A stretch of 64,000 nt of DNA from Vicugna vicugna (GCA_013265495.1 MU063499.1:1550001-1614000), one strand, 5' to 3'; counted from the first letter of the stretch, positions 15,036 to 28,416 are shown. Numbers and translations are program-made. The notes: generated by a model from the letters alone, not told the origin.

Positions 15036-16669
15036 ATCTAGGACCCACTCAAAAGGTCACATAAAACCTGTGGGAGAGAAGTGTGGGTAGATCAAGCTGG
15101 GAGGGCTTCCTGGAAGAGGGAACAGCAGGCCAAACTTGAAGGACAAGGCCAGACAGAGAGAAGGAAGGGGATTCCAAGTGGAAGCCTCAGCAGTACAAAG
15201 CTATGGAGGTGGGAACAAGTGGGCTTCTCTGTGGGGAGAGGAGGGCAGTCATGGCCAAATCAGCTGATGCAGGCCTTTGCTCTCCTGAGCCTCCTTCCAT
15301 CCAAGAGTGTCTGTGGTTGTAGTGTGGCCAAGCCTCTTCCACAGGACACCGTGATTTGCACCTTGCTTCACACACGTTCCCTCTAAGCCTCATGAAGCCC
15401 AATCATTATTCCCATTTCACCGACAAGGACACCAAGGCTGAGAGATGAAGTCGAACCAAGAGGAAGTGGGGGCTCCCTCTCAGAGGTCACCCAAAAGAGT
15501 GGAAATTGGAGCCAGATCGTCCCACTCTGCTGGGTGTGGATGCCTGAGACTCCATCCCATCCCTGCCCACCAGCTTTGGTGGCAGCAGCATGGGCACAAC
15601 CTGGGACACAAACCTGGGTACTGGTTGGTCTGGGGGCAATGCTGGGGGCCTGGGCAGAGGTGACAGGCAGACAAAGGCCTGGAGGCGTAGGGTGGGGTGG
15701 GCACAGCCTGGCTGCCAGGTGGAAACATCCAGGGTAAAAGCTGCTCTGAATACTGGCTGCATCCCGCTGCTCCAATCAGCCTCGACACTTGGTTATTACG
15801 AGGAGTAAAGGCGGCCGAAGGGACAGCTGGAGCCTTGGCGACAACATTTAAGGCGTTTGTCAGAGCTGTGGGACACGGGCTGCCAGGCACTAATGGCTTC
15901 TGCTCGCTGCTGCCAAGTGAGAGGAGGGCAGGCAGGCGGAGGCGGCCTTGCTCCTGCCTGGGCCCAGTGCCCACCCCATGCTGTGCGGCTGCTCCACGAC
16001 AGGTAGGGCCCACCTGGGCCTTACAGATGCCTAGCAACGGCCACAGAGCCATGGCACCAGCTGGGGAGGGTGGGGCAGCGGCTGTGCAGCACGTGCCTGC
16101 CTATTTGGGGCATTTCTGCCACCCCAACCTCCATTCAGGCTGTAGCCCCTCTCCCCTGGGACAAGGGTCTGGGAGTCTGTTCTCTACCATGCTACCTCCC
16201 AGGAGAGGGACCCCTGAATCCCAGCTGGCTAAGCCCCTGGGAATTCCATCTCAGCCCTTTGGGTTAGACTTTGTATGGGAGGGACCCTCTAGTGATGGAC
16301 CCACAGTGGACTCAGATCAATTCTGACTAGGTGATTTCAGCACTCTGGCCTCAGTTTTCCTCCCTGTGAAATGGGAAAATGGCACAATCTGCCATCACTG
16401 CATCAATGAGAAAATAGAAGAACGCTGAGGTGCTGGCCACATGGAATCCGGTGGCACTTGGGCTTAATAGGAAAGGCCAGGAAGAGAGTAAGATGTCAGG
16501 GAAGGATCAGGAGTTTTCTGGGGGAGGAGAAACCCATGGCCAGGTGATTAGGTGGGGCTTTGAGTAAAAAGTGTTTCTGAAATATATACAGTTGATGAGG
16601 GATTCCTGCACCCAGAAATGCATTTGTAGGACTTTTTGTCACACGAACTGGTTGTCACAGGCCACACCA

Positions 16670-16805
16670 CTGCATGCTCACTGCACCCCAGCACTGTTCA
16701 TGAATCCTAGAGCAGCCCCTACAAAGCAGGTCCCATTCCTAACCCATTTTTCAGATGAGGAAATTGAGGCTCATAGCTGGTTACTCAGTTTGTCTGCAGT
16801 CACAG
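16670..16805 (+). mobile_element. MIR
   Basis: cccatttttcagatgaggaaattgaggctcatag...gtcacag. Confidence 0.7.
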
Positions 16806-19800
16806 TTCTCTGAGGGCAGGGTGCGGGGTTGTCCCTGGGGCTGTGTAACTAAACTTCCCTTCCCCACTCACTGACTGACTCATGAGACATCACAAGCTCC
16901 CTCTGAGGAGGAAGCAGGCCTTAGGCTGGCTGTGGATCAGAGAGCATGGGATGGGGGAACGCTGTGGGGCAGGGTGATGACTCAGGGGGCAGGAGGAGAC
17001 CCCGGTGGGCCTGAGCTCAGCCTCAGCTTTACTGCATGACCTTACACTTGTCATCCTGGGTAGCCTTGGTGTTCTTGCCCCTTTCCCAGAGCATAGGCTG
17101 AGGCCAGAGGAAACAGGAGGGGTGCCCAAAGGAGGTGGGGAGTTGTGTGTCCTGCCCAAGGTCACCCAGTGAGCTCTGGCCCCCAAGGGCCCTCTTCTAC
17201 CTGTGGTCAGCCTCTGGCACGGCTGCCAGGCACAGCCTGTGACCCTCATGGCATTAGGGCTAGGGCACTGCTGTGGGTCTGTGTTCATCAGTGTTGAACC
17301 TAGTGACCCTTTGGGAGCAACTGTACTTGGCTCTGTCTAGATCTGAGACTGCTGCCTGAGCTGAGGGCCTGGAGGAGCAGACTCTGAGTCCTGGGCCAGC
17401 TGGATTGGCCCCAGGGCCATCTTTCCATGGCCATCAGGGCAGAACCTCCGTGCACCATCCTCATCCCACTTCATAGGTGGCAACACCAAAGCTCAGCAAG
17501 AGGGGGGACTCCCCTAGGGTGGCGGTGAACAGTGAGGCTGAGTGTAGAACTTGCTTACCACCCTTGGGTCTGCTTCCCTTTCTGAATCCCCAGAGCCAGG
17601 CACTCTCTGGGGTAGGGAGGGTCTTTGTGCCCTAGTACCAGCCCAGCCTCTACTCACCAAGGTGTTCAAGGCCTCCAGACCACCTGACTCCCAGCCCCCT
17701 GCTCTGCCTGGCCCAGGCCTCTGGCCCGTCCCTGGGGTTGGGTCTTGGCCATGGGGGCTTTCCCTCCCCAGTACTTTGGAGCCTGATGCAGTTCCCCTGC
17801 CTCCACAGCCCCCTAGAAGTCCCCCACAGGAGAAGGGGGCAAGTGGGACTCCTGTGACTGGGGACTCTTGGGTCTCCGCTAAGAGAGGTCTGCCAAGCAG
17901 GAGGACCACAGGACTCTCCAGCTTTAGTAAGGGATGGGAGAGAAGGCCTCTTCCATCTGACTTTGTGATCAACAGCTTTGCAATCCTGGGGGTGGAGGGC
18001 TTGGAAATAGTGAAGGAGGATGTGTATTTGCACTTGAATGTTAACACATGAGTTCATGCATGAGAGTCCTCAAACACAAGTGCAGACAAGAAATCCCATG
18101 TATGTGAATACCTGTGCACATGTGCGTGGGAACACGTGTGTATATTCATGCGTGTACATAAACATGTGTTCAGGTCCATTTGCACATGGTAGATGGGGTC
18201 TCATCTTCATGTCCTGAACTCACCTCCTAAGGCATAGGGTGGGCAGGACTGCTTCCTGCCATGGCTGGGTGTGAGGTAGCTCACTGGGCCCCACAGGCCC
18301 TACCGCCTGCCACGCATGCCTGGCCAAACGGGCCCTTCTGGCTACCACCTGCTCATTCACGCCTAGTGGCCCACTCCTCAAATGTGCCCTCACTTTGTCC
18401 ATTGGTTTACCTTCCTCCCACTCCTCACTCCACCTGTGATCACTTTGCCTTGTGTTATCTTACCTCAACACCACAGTATGGAATAAATGAAAAGGAGAAC
18501 CCCAGAGCCCCTCTTCTTTCTTCTTTCAACAAATATGCTCACGGCCTGTGGTGGTGCCGGAGACACAGGATGAATGAGACTCAGCCTTGTTCTTGTGGAG
18601 TTCACAGTGGAGGGACGGGCTTCCACGTGTCTCCATGTTCACCCCCAACCCTGCAGTCACAGTACAGCCAATACCAGGCTAGGCATATACTCAGAGCAAG
18701 GAAATCCTGTGCAGTCCCAAACCAGGTCCCAAACCTGCCAAGTGTCTTCGTAATTACAGTTATCACTTACGGTCTACAGTCCACTTGTGACCAACACAAC
18801 CATGGTGGGTGAGGCTGGTGCTACTGGTTCATTTTTCAGAAGAAGGAGTCTCATAACAATGTGTCTGAGCACTCCACAGCCAAAGAGCTGGCAAGAGGAG
18901 GGACCAGGACCCGAACCTAGGTCTGTTCAGCTGCTGAGCCCAGGCCTCCAGCACTGAAGCCTGTACTGGCCACACGTGTGTGATCAGTGGTCCCAGCACT
19001 GTCAGCAGCTCCTGCCTGTGGTCCCTGGCAAAGAACAGATGAGGACCTGAAGCCTGGGAAGGAGAGACATGCTCGGGACTGGAGCCCAAGTGCCAGCCCC
19101 TGGCCCCAGTAAAGGGGGGAGGAGCTGAGGGGCACATCATGAAGTGTCCCCTAAACACCATTCCATGTGAAGCAAGACTTGGCTTCTGTGGGGGGGTGAT
19201 CTAAAGTCTCATCTCCTGTGGTTAGAACACAAAGCACTGGGTTTCCCTTTTCCTTTGGCTACCAGGAGGCTCAGGGTCAACCTGGAGGCTCTACCAGATA
19301 AAGCACCTGGTCTTGAGGTTGCTTGCCTTGGCTCTTTTATCTCATCCTTATTATTCATATTCTATGTTTTATACCCTGTGCTTTTGTGAAGAGCTGCTCA
19401 GTACTTTGCCGAATGAATTGGGAAATAAATGAAATTAAATTGTGCTCTCCACCCCAACCATTCTCTTCTTTTCCAGGAAGCAGCTTGACTCATGTGAAGG
19501 AAAACCATTTGGGATTAGGAGGCCTCAGTGCTCTGTGGGGTGCCACACTCTCCCCAGCTTCAGTTTCCCCTTCCTGGACCTGTCTTTGCCTTCCCCATCC
19601 CCCAAGCTGGGGAGTCAGTGTCTCTGTGAGGCCAGACTGGCTGAGGGTGGGCAGCAGGGCCCTGCTCTGAGCCACTGCCCTGCCAACGGGCAGGCCAGCA
19701 TCTGGCAGGCACAGTCATCTCCCTGGAAAACGAGATGCTTCTTATTGAGATAACGAATCGCTCCATTTAGATCCAAATTAACCTCCCCCAATTACCCCAT

Positions 19801-21617
19801 TTTCTACCACATTTCACCAGATAGAAATCCCCTTCTGCCCGCAGACTGGGCCCGCCCCTCATCACTCCCAAAGCCACGGCCCCGCCACACTCAGCTGCCC
19901 TGGAAGGGGTGGTAGTTGCGCGGTCCTTCTATGGCCGTGTTCTTCTTCTCTTCTTTTCTTTTTTTTGGGGAAGGGTGTGTAGGGTGAGGTGGGGGGAATG
20001 GGAAGCTTGATGCAGCTGCCACTCTGAGGAGTAGGAATTTTTATTTTATTTTTTTAGCTCATTCTTTGAAATAAGGATGCAATATGGGATCAATTTTTGA
20101 TGACAGTGAAGTAAAAGGAGAAAATAGTAGCAATTTACTCTTCTGAACATGCCCTATTTAATGGAAGGATGTCATGGTGTTTTATCCAGAGAAGAGAGAG
20201 GGCCTGGTTCCCAGGGACACATGGTCAGAGATGCCTCATAGGATCTCAGTCTAGAGGTGGCTGTGCACCCTCCCCGCCATTAAGTGGCTGCCAGGGTCCA
20301 GGACGTGGGATGGGGAGAGACTGAGGCCACAGGGCTCTATTCCATCTTCTGGGGCCCAGATGCTGTGGCCGTTTCTCCTGACCTAGCACCAGGGTGGACC
20401 CTCCCTGCCCTGTGCTCTGCTGGTCTTGGTTTGCATCACAATTCTAGAGCCTCTAGAGCTGGGACACCAGGGAATCCGGTGTTAATTAGGGTTATAAAAT
20501 CCTGCCTAGCTGCTGCTGCCACCTTTGTGTTAAACCTGGGGAACTCAGCTTCAGTTAGCCTGGAACTGGAAGGGTGGAGAATGGGGGCAGAGGCCAAGAG
20601 GGAGAAGGGGTGGGGCATCCAAGGATGGGGAGAATAATGTGTTGGGTCCTGGGGGCAGTCAGGGCATCTAGCCTCTTGTCTTGGGGCTCTGGAAGGAGCG
20701 GCGGGTAAGGAAGAGGGCAGAGGTAGGGGGGGTGGTTCTCAAAGGAGGAGTTGTTTCTCCCAGTGTCAGAGATGAACTGGAGTCAGACACGGGCTGTGTG
20801 GAGTCAGGAGGCCTTCAGACCCAGTCCTATAGGAATCTTGGGTCCCCTGCTGGCTGTCAGGGGGAACTGGCCCTGCTCCTCTGCTCCATGTTGCCCCAGG
20901 TGTGAGGTTAAGATCCCTGGGCTGGATGGACTGGGAGGCCAGGGATCTGGGTGCCAGAGTCACATCTCCAGAGACCAGGAAATCCACCTCCACAGTCCAC
21001 TCACCACTGAGCCCGGTGAAATCTGGGGCTCCCCTACAATGGCTGAATGGCACCCTGGCCAGCCTTAGCCCACCCCTCCTGAGGTCTAGTCCCCTCTGGC
21101 CATCTGTCTTCCAAGGCCTCTCTCACCTTGCTGTGCAGGGACCAGGGACAGAAATGAATTCGAGCCATACCTCAAAGGCCTGAGCAACTCAGCCACAGAC
21201 ATCTCATTCGTAGATAGATGCAGTCATGCCAGGCGGCTCACGACCCACAAGCACAGCCAAACCCCAACACGACCACAGAGCCCATCGACCACAGAGCCCA
21301 CTGTTGTGAAGATACCCAGCCACATGCCCGCATATGCATGGCCTCTGCCCAGGTAGGGTCCTTACAATCAACGACTTTGGCTTCACACAGTGAGAAGAGC
21401 ACCGGCCTCTCTGGAATCTTTCCCCAACGACCACCCAGGGCCCAGTACACACAAGCAATCCCAGACCCCCAAAGTGACCTTACAGAGTCCTCACTGTGAG
21501 GCCAAAGCAGTGCTGGCAAGAACAGACCCCTGCTGCCTCCTCCAGGGAACTCGATGAAGCAGAAACCAAGGGACAGGGCAGGCAGGCCCTGCCCACAAAT
21601 GTCTGCAGATCTCAGGA

Positions 21618-21642
21618 GGGGAGTGGGGAGTGGGGAGTGGGG
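21618..21642 (+). other. Four-tetrad G-quadruplex motif (GGGGAGT)3GGGG
   Basis: Four G4 tracts with identical AGT loops, read directly. Confidence 0.7.
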
Positions 21643-24600
21643 AGAGGGTAGGCTGGGCCTAGCATTCCAGTGTTGCCAGATGCCACCCAAAGCCTCACCC
21701 GCCACCTCCCTCTCCACCTCGCTGTGGCCCGGCCTCCGAAATAATTAGCAATTCTGCTCGACAAAACGCTGGCCCGATGGGATAATAAACTCCCACATCT
21801 GTCAGAAGAGTGAGATCCTATGGAATTGCCAAGAGAAACATTTTTCTTCTCATCCAATTCACATTTAAATTGAAAACAACCCCTCCAAGTCTGCGCCAGG
21901 CTGGCGGCGTGGGGCTCCGGGAGCCCACAAGCTGTTCCGGGGCCTGCAAAGAGGCTCGGACGAGTGGCGATCACTCACTCAAATTAACAAATCATTTTAT
22001 TTAGAAATGAAGAGAATTTGTAAGTGATGGATGACTTGAGAACGCTGAGGTGGAGGGGAAGCCAGCCATTAGCCCTGCTGCAGTGCCGACAGGCAGCCCT
22101 ATGTCACCCCTGTCCCAGGCAGAAAGGACCCAGAGAGCTTCAGTCACGGGAGCCAGCTCTCCCCATCTTCACCACCAGCAGTGTAGGAGGCAGGTCAGGA
22201 ACCACAATGCCATTCTGTGGTGGCTAACTGAGGCTCAATGAAATGCCCAAGGTCCCCATTTGTTCCTACCAGCCTGAGAAGGACACAGGCCCCACTGGCT
22301 CTGCCCTCAAAGCAGCCTCCTGGGCCTGCAGTTCCACCTCAGGGCTGCAGGAGGTGCCACACAGAGAGGACTGAGTTCTGTGTGAGTCCAGGGTTGGGTC
22401 TGGCTATGGACAACCTCTGCTGTATCCAACAAAACAACACTCTTGAAAAGAAACCCTGGAGACTTGAGTTCTGGGCCTAGGGCCTCTGATTCACTGTCTA
22501 TAAAATGAAGGATATAGACGAGAACTGCCAAAGGCCTTCCCAGCCAAGAGGGCCTCTGAAGACTGGGTATCAAATACCGATAAATGAAAAAAAAATGCTG
22601 ACAAATAAGCCCCAGTCCTGACTAGACCCCTCCCTGGGGTCCCACGATGCCCATACATCTTCCATCATACCCCTCCTCAGGACTCCTTCAGTGCCTGTGT
22701 ATCCCTACCAGGTCCCCTCTTCTTGGCTCCCCCTGTGCCTGTGTGCCCTCATCAAGGACTTCACTGCTCTGTCCTATAATTTCCCAGTAGACCGTGCTTT
22801 TTCTGAGGCCGGGATAGTGCTGTTTTTTTTTTTTCCATCCCAGTGGCCCTAGTGCCAAGCTCTTGGTAACTACTTGATGAATAAACAGAAGAATGAATGA
22901 ATGTCTAGCTGCACCGACATGCAAAGGCATGACAGGGGCTCGACAATGTCTGGTTATCAAGATGCTCTCTCACCTCCATGCTTTTGCACATGACATTCCC
23001 TCTGCCTGGACAATTGTTTCCTGCCTCTTACTGCCCAGCTCAGTTGCACTGTGTGCTGGGCCTCTTCCTGCTTAGCCTCTCACAGCCCCTGTCATCGTGG
23101 GGTAGGCACCACGCTGGTTGACAAGGCTGGCCATCCTAGACCAGGTTCTCTTGAGGTCACAGTGGGGCCTGACTCTTCCTGTGTACCCTCTCAGGCCAGG
23201 GCTGGGTCTGGGGGGCCGGGAGGGGGTGCTGAGGGCACGGCCTACCTCTGAGAGCTTCCCAGATAGGAATGCCAGGGAGCTGCTAAAACAAACCCAGAAA
23301 TGCTCCTGGAGGGTAGAGGGGAGAGTGGAGGGGGAAGACAGGAGGCAGGGCCAGAGGGACAGATGGGAGAGGAGAGAGTCCCAGGAAGGCACAGGATGGG
23401 GAGACAGAGTACTGGGGCGGGAAATAGAGGCCTGGCTGAGACCTTAATTTCTCCTGCAGGCCGGCCGCTTTTGTGCATGAAGCCCAGGGAAAGGTTTCTC
23501 CTTCCCAAACTGTTATGACTGTGAGCTCAGAGGCTCCACTGTGAGGAGGCCCTGGATGCACCTGCTGATTCAGTGTTCCCCACCGTGGGGCGCAGGGAGG
23601 GCAGGGCAGACAGGAACGGGGGTGCTCTGCAAACCCTAACCCTCTGTCATGGACCCTGCGGGCACTGCAGGGGAGTGTAGAGGAGACCTCCGCACATGCA
23701 GTGGGGCCACGTCAGACTTAGATGGGATCTTGGGAGACTTGGGTTCAAGCTGGAGCTGGTGGGTGGTCTTGGGCAAGTCCCTTTTCCTTTCTCTGCCTCA
23801 ATTCCCCAGTCTGTGAAATAGAGATATTCACCCCGGGCCTGCCCGCCTCCAGCTGCAGGGGTGCTGGGACTGGAGAGGTGGATGAGACGGCTGTGATAGG
23901 GCTGTGCACCAGGACAGCCAAGGGCTTTCCAGGCAGGAATGTGTAAATGCGTGTGTGTCTACCCAGTCCACAGAGAGACAGACACATTCAGGCATGGACT
24001 GAGATGCACACTTATTCATGAATTACCTGCGTGTGTGCGTGCATCTCTATCTGCAGGCAGTCATGTGGGGGCCTGGGCCTTGGGTGTGTTCTTGTGGTTG
24101 TAGACTGCGAGATGGGACACGAACAAATGGTTTTATACACACACGTTTGTGGGTGCCTGAAGCATGGCCACATGAGTGCCTATGAGATGGGCCATGTTGG
24201 TGAAGCAGGACTTTGAGGTGGCAGACCTCTCCCCTCCCTTCCTACCCCCAGCTTTTCAGACTCTGGCAGCACCCACCACAGACATCTCACTCCCCACCCC
24301 CTCAACGTGTGCAGGCTCTGCCATGGAGGGTCCTGGCCTGCCCCTTAACCACACATATGGGCCCGCATATCCATCCAGCACCATCTCTGGCATGTACATG
24401 GGGCAGTTCCTTCCAGACACAACCCCCTATGAGCAGACACACACTTCACTTGTTTTTGGTCTCGAGCAGGTCCCTCCATCATTGCTGTTACCTCTAAAGG
24501 GCACTTGGAGCTGTCTTGCAGACATTAGCAGCTGCTCAGGGTGGCCTAGGGCTGAGCAACCCAGGAATACCCAGAACTGCTGGCTGTGCCCACCCTGTGC

Positions 24601-25244
24601 ATCTCACCACCTGCTCAGAGGCTCCGCTCAGCCCCTGGAGAGAACCAGGACCCCTACCCTAGGAGCTGGGCCCTGGTGCCCCCCTGGGGTCCCCTGCCTG
24701 CTCCTGTGTGACCTGGGATCATGAAACAGGGAGAGGTGGGCCTCCAGGTTTTTGCCTCCAGGTTTAAACTTGAGGATGGGAGTCGGGGTGCTGACACATG
24801 CTCCTGGCCTCCCCATTACATATCCTCACATTACTTGTCTCTACCCTCTGCCTCCCATCTGGGCCACAGGTCCCAGAGGGCAGGATCAGGGTTGCCTTTG
24901 TCACTACAGAGTCCCCAGCAACCAGCACAAGGCCTAGCACACATGTGTAATTGGGGAATAAATGGATAAATGGAGCCTGGCATGACAGGGTTCAGGGAGC
25001 ACCAAGATGTGCTGCCGTGGGAGGAAGTGCCCTGTGCCCCTCCATCCCTATCTGCATCACTTTGGGTCCCAGTAATTTCCTCGTTGGAGGAGCAAGGCAG
25101 GAGATAGTGCTGTGAGAGGCAGGATAGTGCTTTTGCTCTTATTAGCCAGAAGAGGCTGTATCGCCCTCTCCCACCCTCATGAGGGATACCCCCACTCTTA
25201 CCATCCCCAGAGCCACAGAGCATCTGTAGGGGGTGTGGGCACTG

Positions 25245-25310
25245 GGCTAGGCCATGACATAGGTACCAGCACACAGTAGGTGCTCAGCATATGCTGTAAA
25301 TGAATAATAA
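25245..25310 (+). mobile_element. L2 3' end
   Basis: gtaccagcacacagtaggtgctcagcatatgctgtaaatgaat. Confidence 0.7.
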
Positions 25311-25373
25311 CCCTGCCTTACTCAAGAGGCTGCCAGGGTTTCCAATGTCTGCGGTCTAAATCCCTGTGCCTAG

Positions 25374-26303
25374 CAGAAGACTGAAACAGACATTTCTCCA
25401 ATGAAGAGATACAGATGGCCAACAGGAATACGAAAAGATGCTCAATATAGTTAATTATCAGAGAAATGTAAATCAAAACTACAATGAGGTATCACCTCAC
25501 ACCAGTCAGAATGGCTATCATTAAAAAGTTCACAAATGATAAATGCTGGAGAGAGTGTGGGGAAAAGGGAACCCTCCTACACTATTGGTGGGAATACACT
25601 TTGGTGCAGCCACTATGGAAAACAGTATGGAGATTCCTTAAAAACTAAAAATAGACTTACCATATGATCCAGCAATCCCATTCTGGGGAAAATATCCAGA
25701 GGAAACTCTAATTCAAAAAGATACATGCACCCCAATGTTCATGGCAGCACTGTTTACAATAGCCAAGTCATGGAAATATCCATTGACAGATGATTGGATT
25801 GAGAAGTTGTGACACACACACACACACACACAAACACACAGGAATATTACTCAGCCATAAAAAGAGTGAAGTATGCCATCTGCAGCAACATGGATGCATC
25901 TAGACATTATCATACTAAGTGAAGTAAGTCAGAGAAAGACAAATATCATATGGTATCACTTATATGTGAAATCTAAAAAAAAATGACACAAATGAACTGA
26001 TTTACAAAACAAAAACAGACTCACAGATATAGGAAACAAACTTACGGGTGCCAAAGGGGAAAGAGGAGGTAGGGATAAATTAGGAGTTTGGGATTAGCAG
26101 ATACAAACTACTATACGCAGAATAGATAAACAAAGTCCTACTGTATAGCACAGGGAACTAAACTCAGTATCTTGTAATAACTTATAATGAAAAAGAATAT
26201 GAAAAGGAATATATATATTTATAACTGAATCACTATGCTGTACACCAGAAATTAACACAAAATTGTAAATCAACTGTACTTCAATTAAAATAAATAAATA
26301 AAT
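25374..26303 (+). mobile_element. 5'-truncated LINE-1 (ORF2 3' end plus 3' UTR, artiodactyl-type) with A-rich tail and degenerate TSD
   Basis: L1 ORF2 C-terminal sequence (atcaaaactacaatgaggtatcacctcacaccagtcagaatgg; catatgatccagcaatccca), a 3' UTR and a (TAAA)n tail. TSD aaatccctgtgcctag (25358-25373) vs aagtccccgtgcctgg (26304-26319), 13/16 identical. Confidence 0.93.
25812..25840 (+). repeat. (CA)n microsatellite inside the L1
   Basis: acacacacacacacacacacaaacacaca read directly, one interruption. Confidence 0.95.
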
Positions 26304-28416
26304 AAGTCCCCGTGCCTGGTGTTTGAGGCCGCTCATGGCCACTTCTACATTCTTGGCCCTATGTTGCCCCTACTTCCAACCAGTCCCTGCCCAGAAACCC
26401 TTCCCGCCTTTGTTAATGCTGTGTCCCTATCTGGCCTATCTACCCCTCCTCCCAGCCAATTCTCCAAATACTGCATGGCCCCACCGACATTCGTGGGATG
26501 TCTCCCTGAGTGTTCCTGGGGCCAGTCAGGGTGGCCTCCAGGTCTGTGAAGCAGGACACAAGGGGGGTGTCAGGAGGGGAGCTAAGGGCAGCCTAGGAGG
26601 CAAGTGTCCTAGCCCCTTAGGGCCAATGCCTCCATCACAGCCCCTTCTCTGGGGCATCCTGATGTCTTCACAAGGGCCAGTGGCATCCCCCACCACTGCT
26701 GCAGGCTAGAGTGGGAGAATGAGGTGAGAGGGTGCAGGGTGAGTCCTTGTGGAGGCACAGGCCCTGCTAGTGGTGTCCTGGCTCCTCACCTAGGCTTGGG
26801 TCTGGCTGGAGTCTTGAGTCCCTTAGTCTCTGGGGGGGGTAGGAGGGGTCCTGACCTTTAGGGATGGGAGACGTACAATCTGTGGTGGAGGCATCTCAGG
26901 ATGGAACATGAGGATGTGCTTGGATGAGCCTGTGAGTTTGCAGGAGGCTTCCTGAGCTGGGCCCGGAGGTCCTAGGATGGAGGTCCTTAGCTTGCAAAGG
27001 AGTAGGGAGGTGACAGGGACATGGAGATGTGGTGACTCAGTCCCTGTCTCCTGGGCCAGGGAAGACTTAGGGACAAGGAAGTCTAAGCCGAAGTTCTCTA
27101 GAGGTGGAACCAAGGAAAGGCGTTAGGCTGTGGTCTGACACAAGGAAGAACTTTTGGACATTTAGCCGGCTCCAACTCTGAAACAGGAACTTGAAGACAC
27201 GGTGGCATCTCCCTCAAGAATCAGGGACAGGCTAATGGGCCACTGCCTTGGGGAGGGGGACACAGGCCAGCCTGTCTCCAACCCCATAATTGGAGGAGGT
27301 GTTCTGATTCTCTGACGTCAAAGATCTTTGTCCCCAGCATCCCCAGGGCCGAGACCTCATGAACCAGTACCTGACCTTGTGCCCCTGAGATGAACTGGGA
27401 ATTTGACATGTGAAGCATCTGTGACCCAGTTGGTGACCGTGAAGTGCACGACACAAGCTGGGGCTGCATCTTACCTGATGAACCACCCAATGGGACACTT
27501 CCCCAACCTATGACCAATGGGCTCAGGAGTAACTCCAAGGCGGCTGGAGCTAACAGCACTCTCACAGGAAAGCAGGGGCACCTCTTGCTCAGTGAAAATG
27601 GGCATGAACTGCAGTCATCTTGAGTAGTTATGTGGGACATGGTGGGAGTGCATGCAGGGCCCCTGGGAGCTGGCACCATTCCTCAAATCTGGCCGTGGCA
27701 ACCAGGGTTGGAGCCCTCAAAAATGCCTCCCTTGGCAGAGCCAGGAAGCCAGGGAGGGTGACACAGGGTAGGGAGTGGCCAGTAGCCTTCTCCGAGCCAG
27801 GCCCTTGGTTCCCCTGGGTTCCCCATGGAGATCCAGGAAGCCTTGACCTCCACTCATTCCCTGTGACCCCCCTTTCCTCCATCTCTCCTTCTAAGAGGAA
27901 AATCACAGGGAAGCAAACCTTGGAAGAAGAAAGGAGAATGTTTTTAATTAAAAGTTTAAGAGAATTCACATCCCGAGGGAGGTGAAGCAAGAGAAGGCGG
28001 GGATACAGTGGGAGCAGTGGCGGGAGGACGCGGGAAAGTAGGCCACGCCAGCTGAGGGCCTAAGCCCAATCCTTCCAGCCGCCCAGGGTCCACTGTGGCA
28101 GCAGGTTCTGAGCCACTGACAGCTCTCTGTGCAGATGAGGCCTCAGCGGTCTCTGGTTTTCCATCTGGGGAAATGGGTAGGGGAGGTAGGGCAGGGGGCT
28201 CAGCAGCCCCTCTGCCTGGCCCCACTTCTGGGAGCAGGGAGGGTGGCTATTCTGCTCCCAGGCACCATGAGGCCTGGTGCCCCCTGGCTGGAGCTGTCCT
28301 GCTGGGTCAGGGCCAAGGCCTGGGCCACATGTGATCCACTGAGGGGCTCTATAGGTGCCCGGTCCACAGTCCACTGTTCCAAAAGCCCCCACCTCACAGC
28401 TGCTTCAGATCTGGTT

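Noticed and set aside
26094-26342. Hydrophobic 82-aa ORF
   Set aside because: Antisense translation of the L1 3' UTR.
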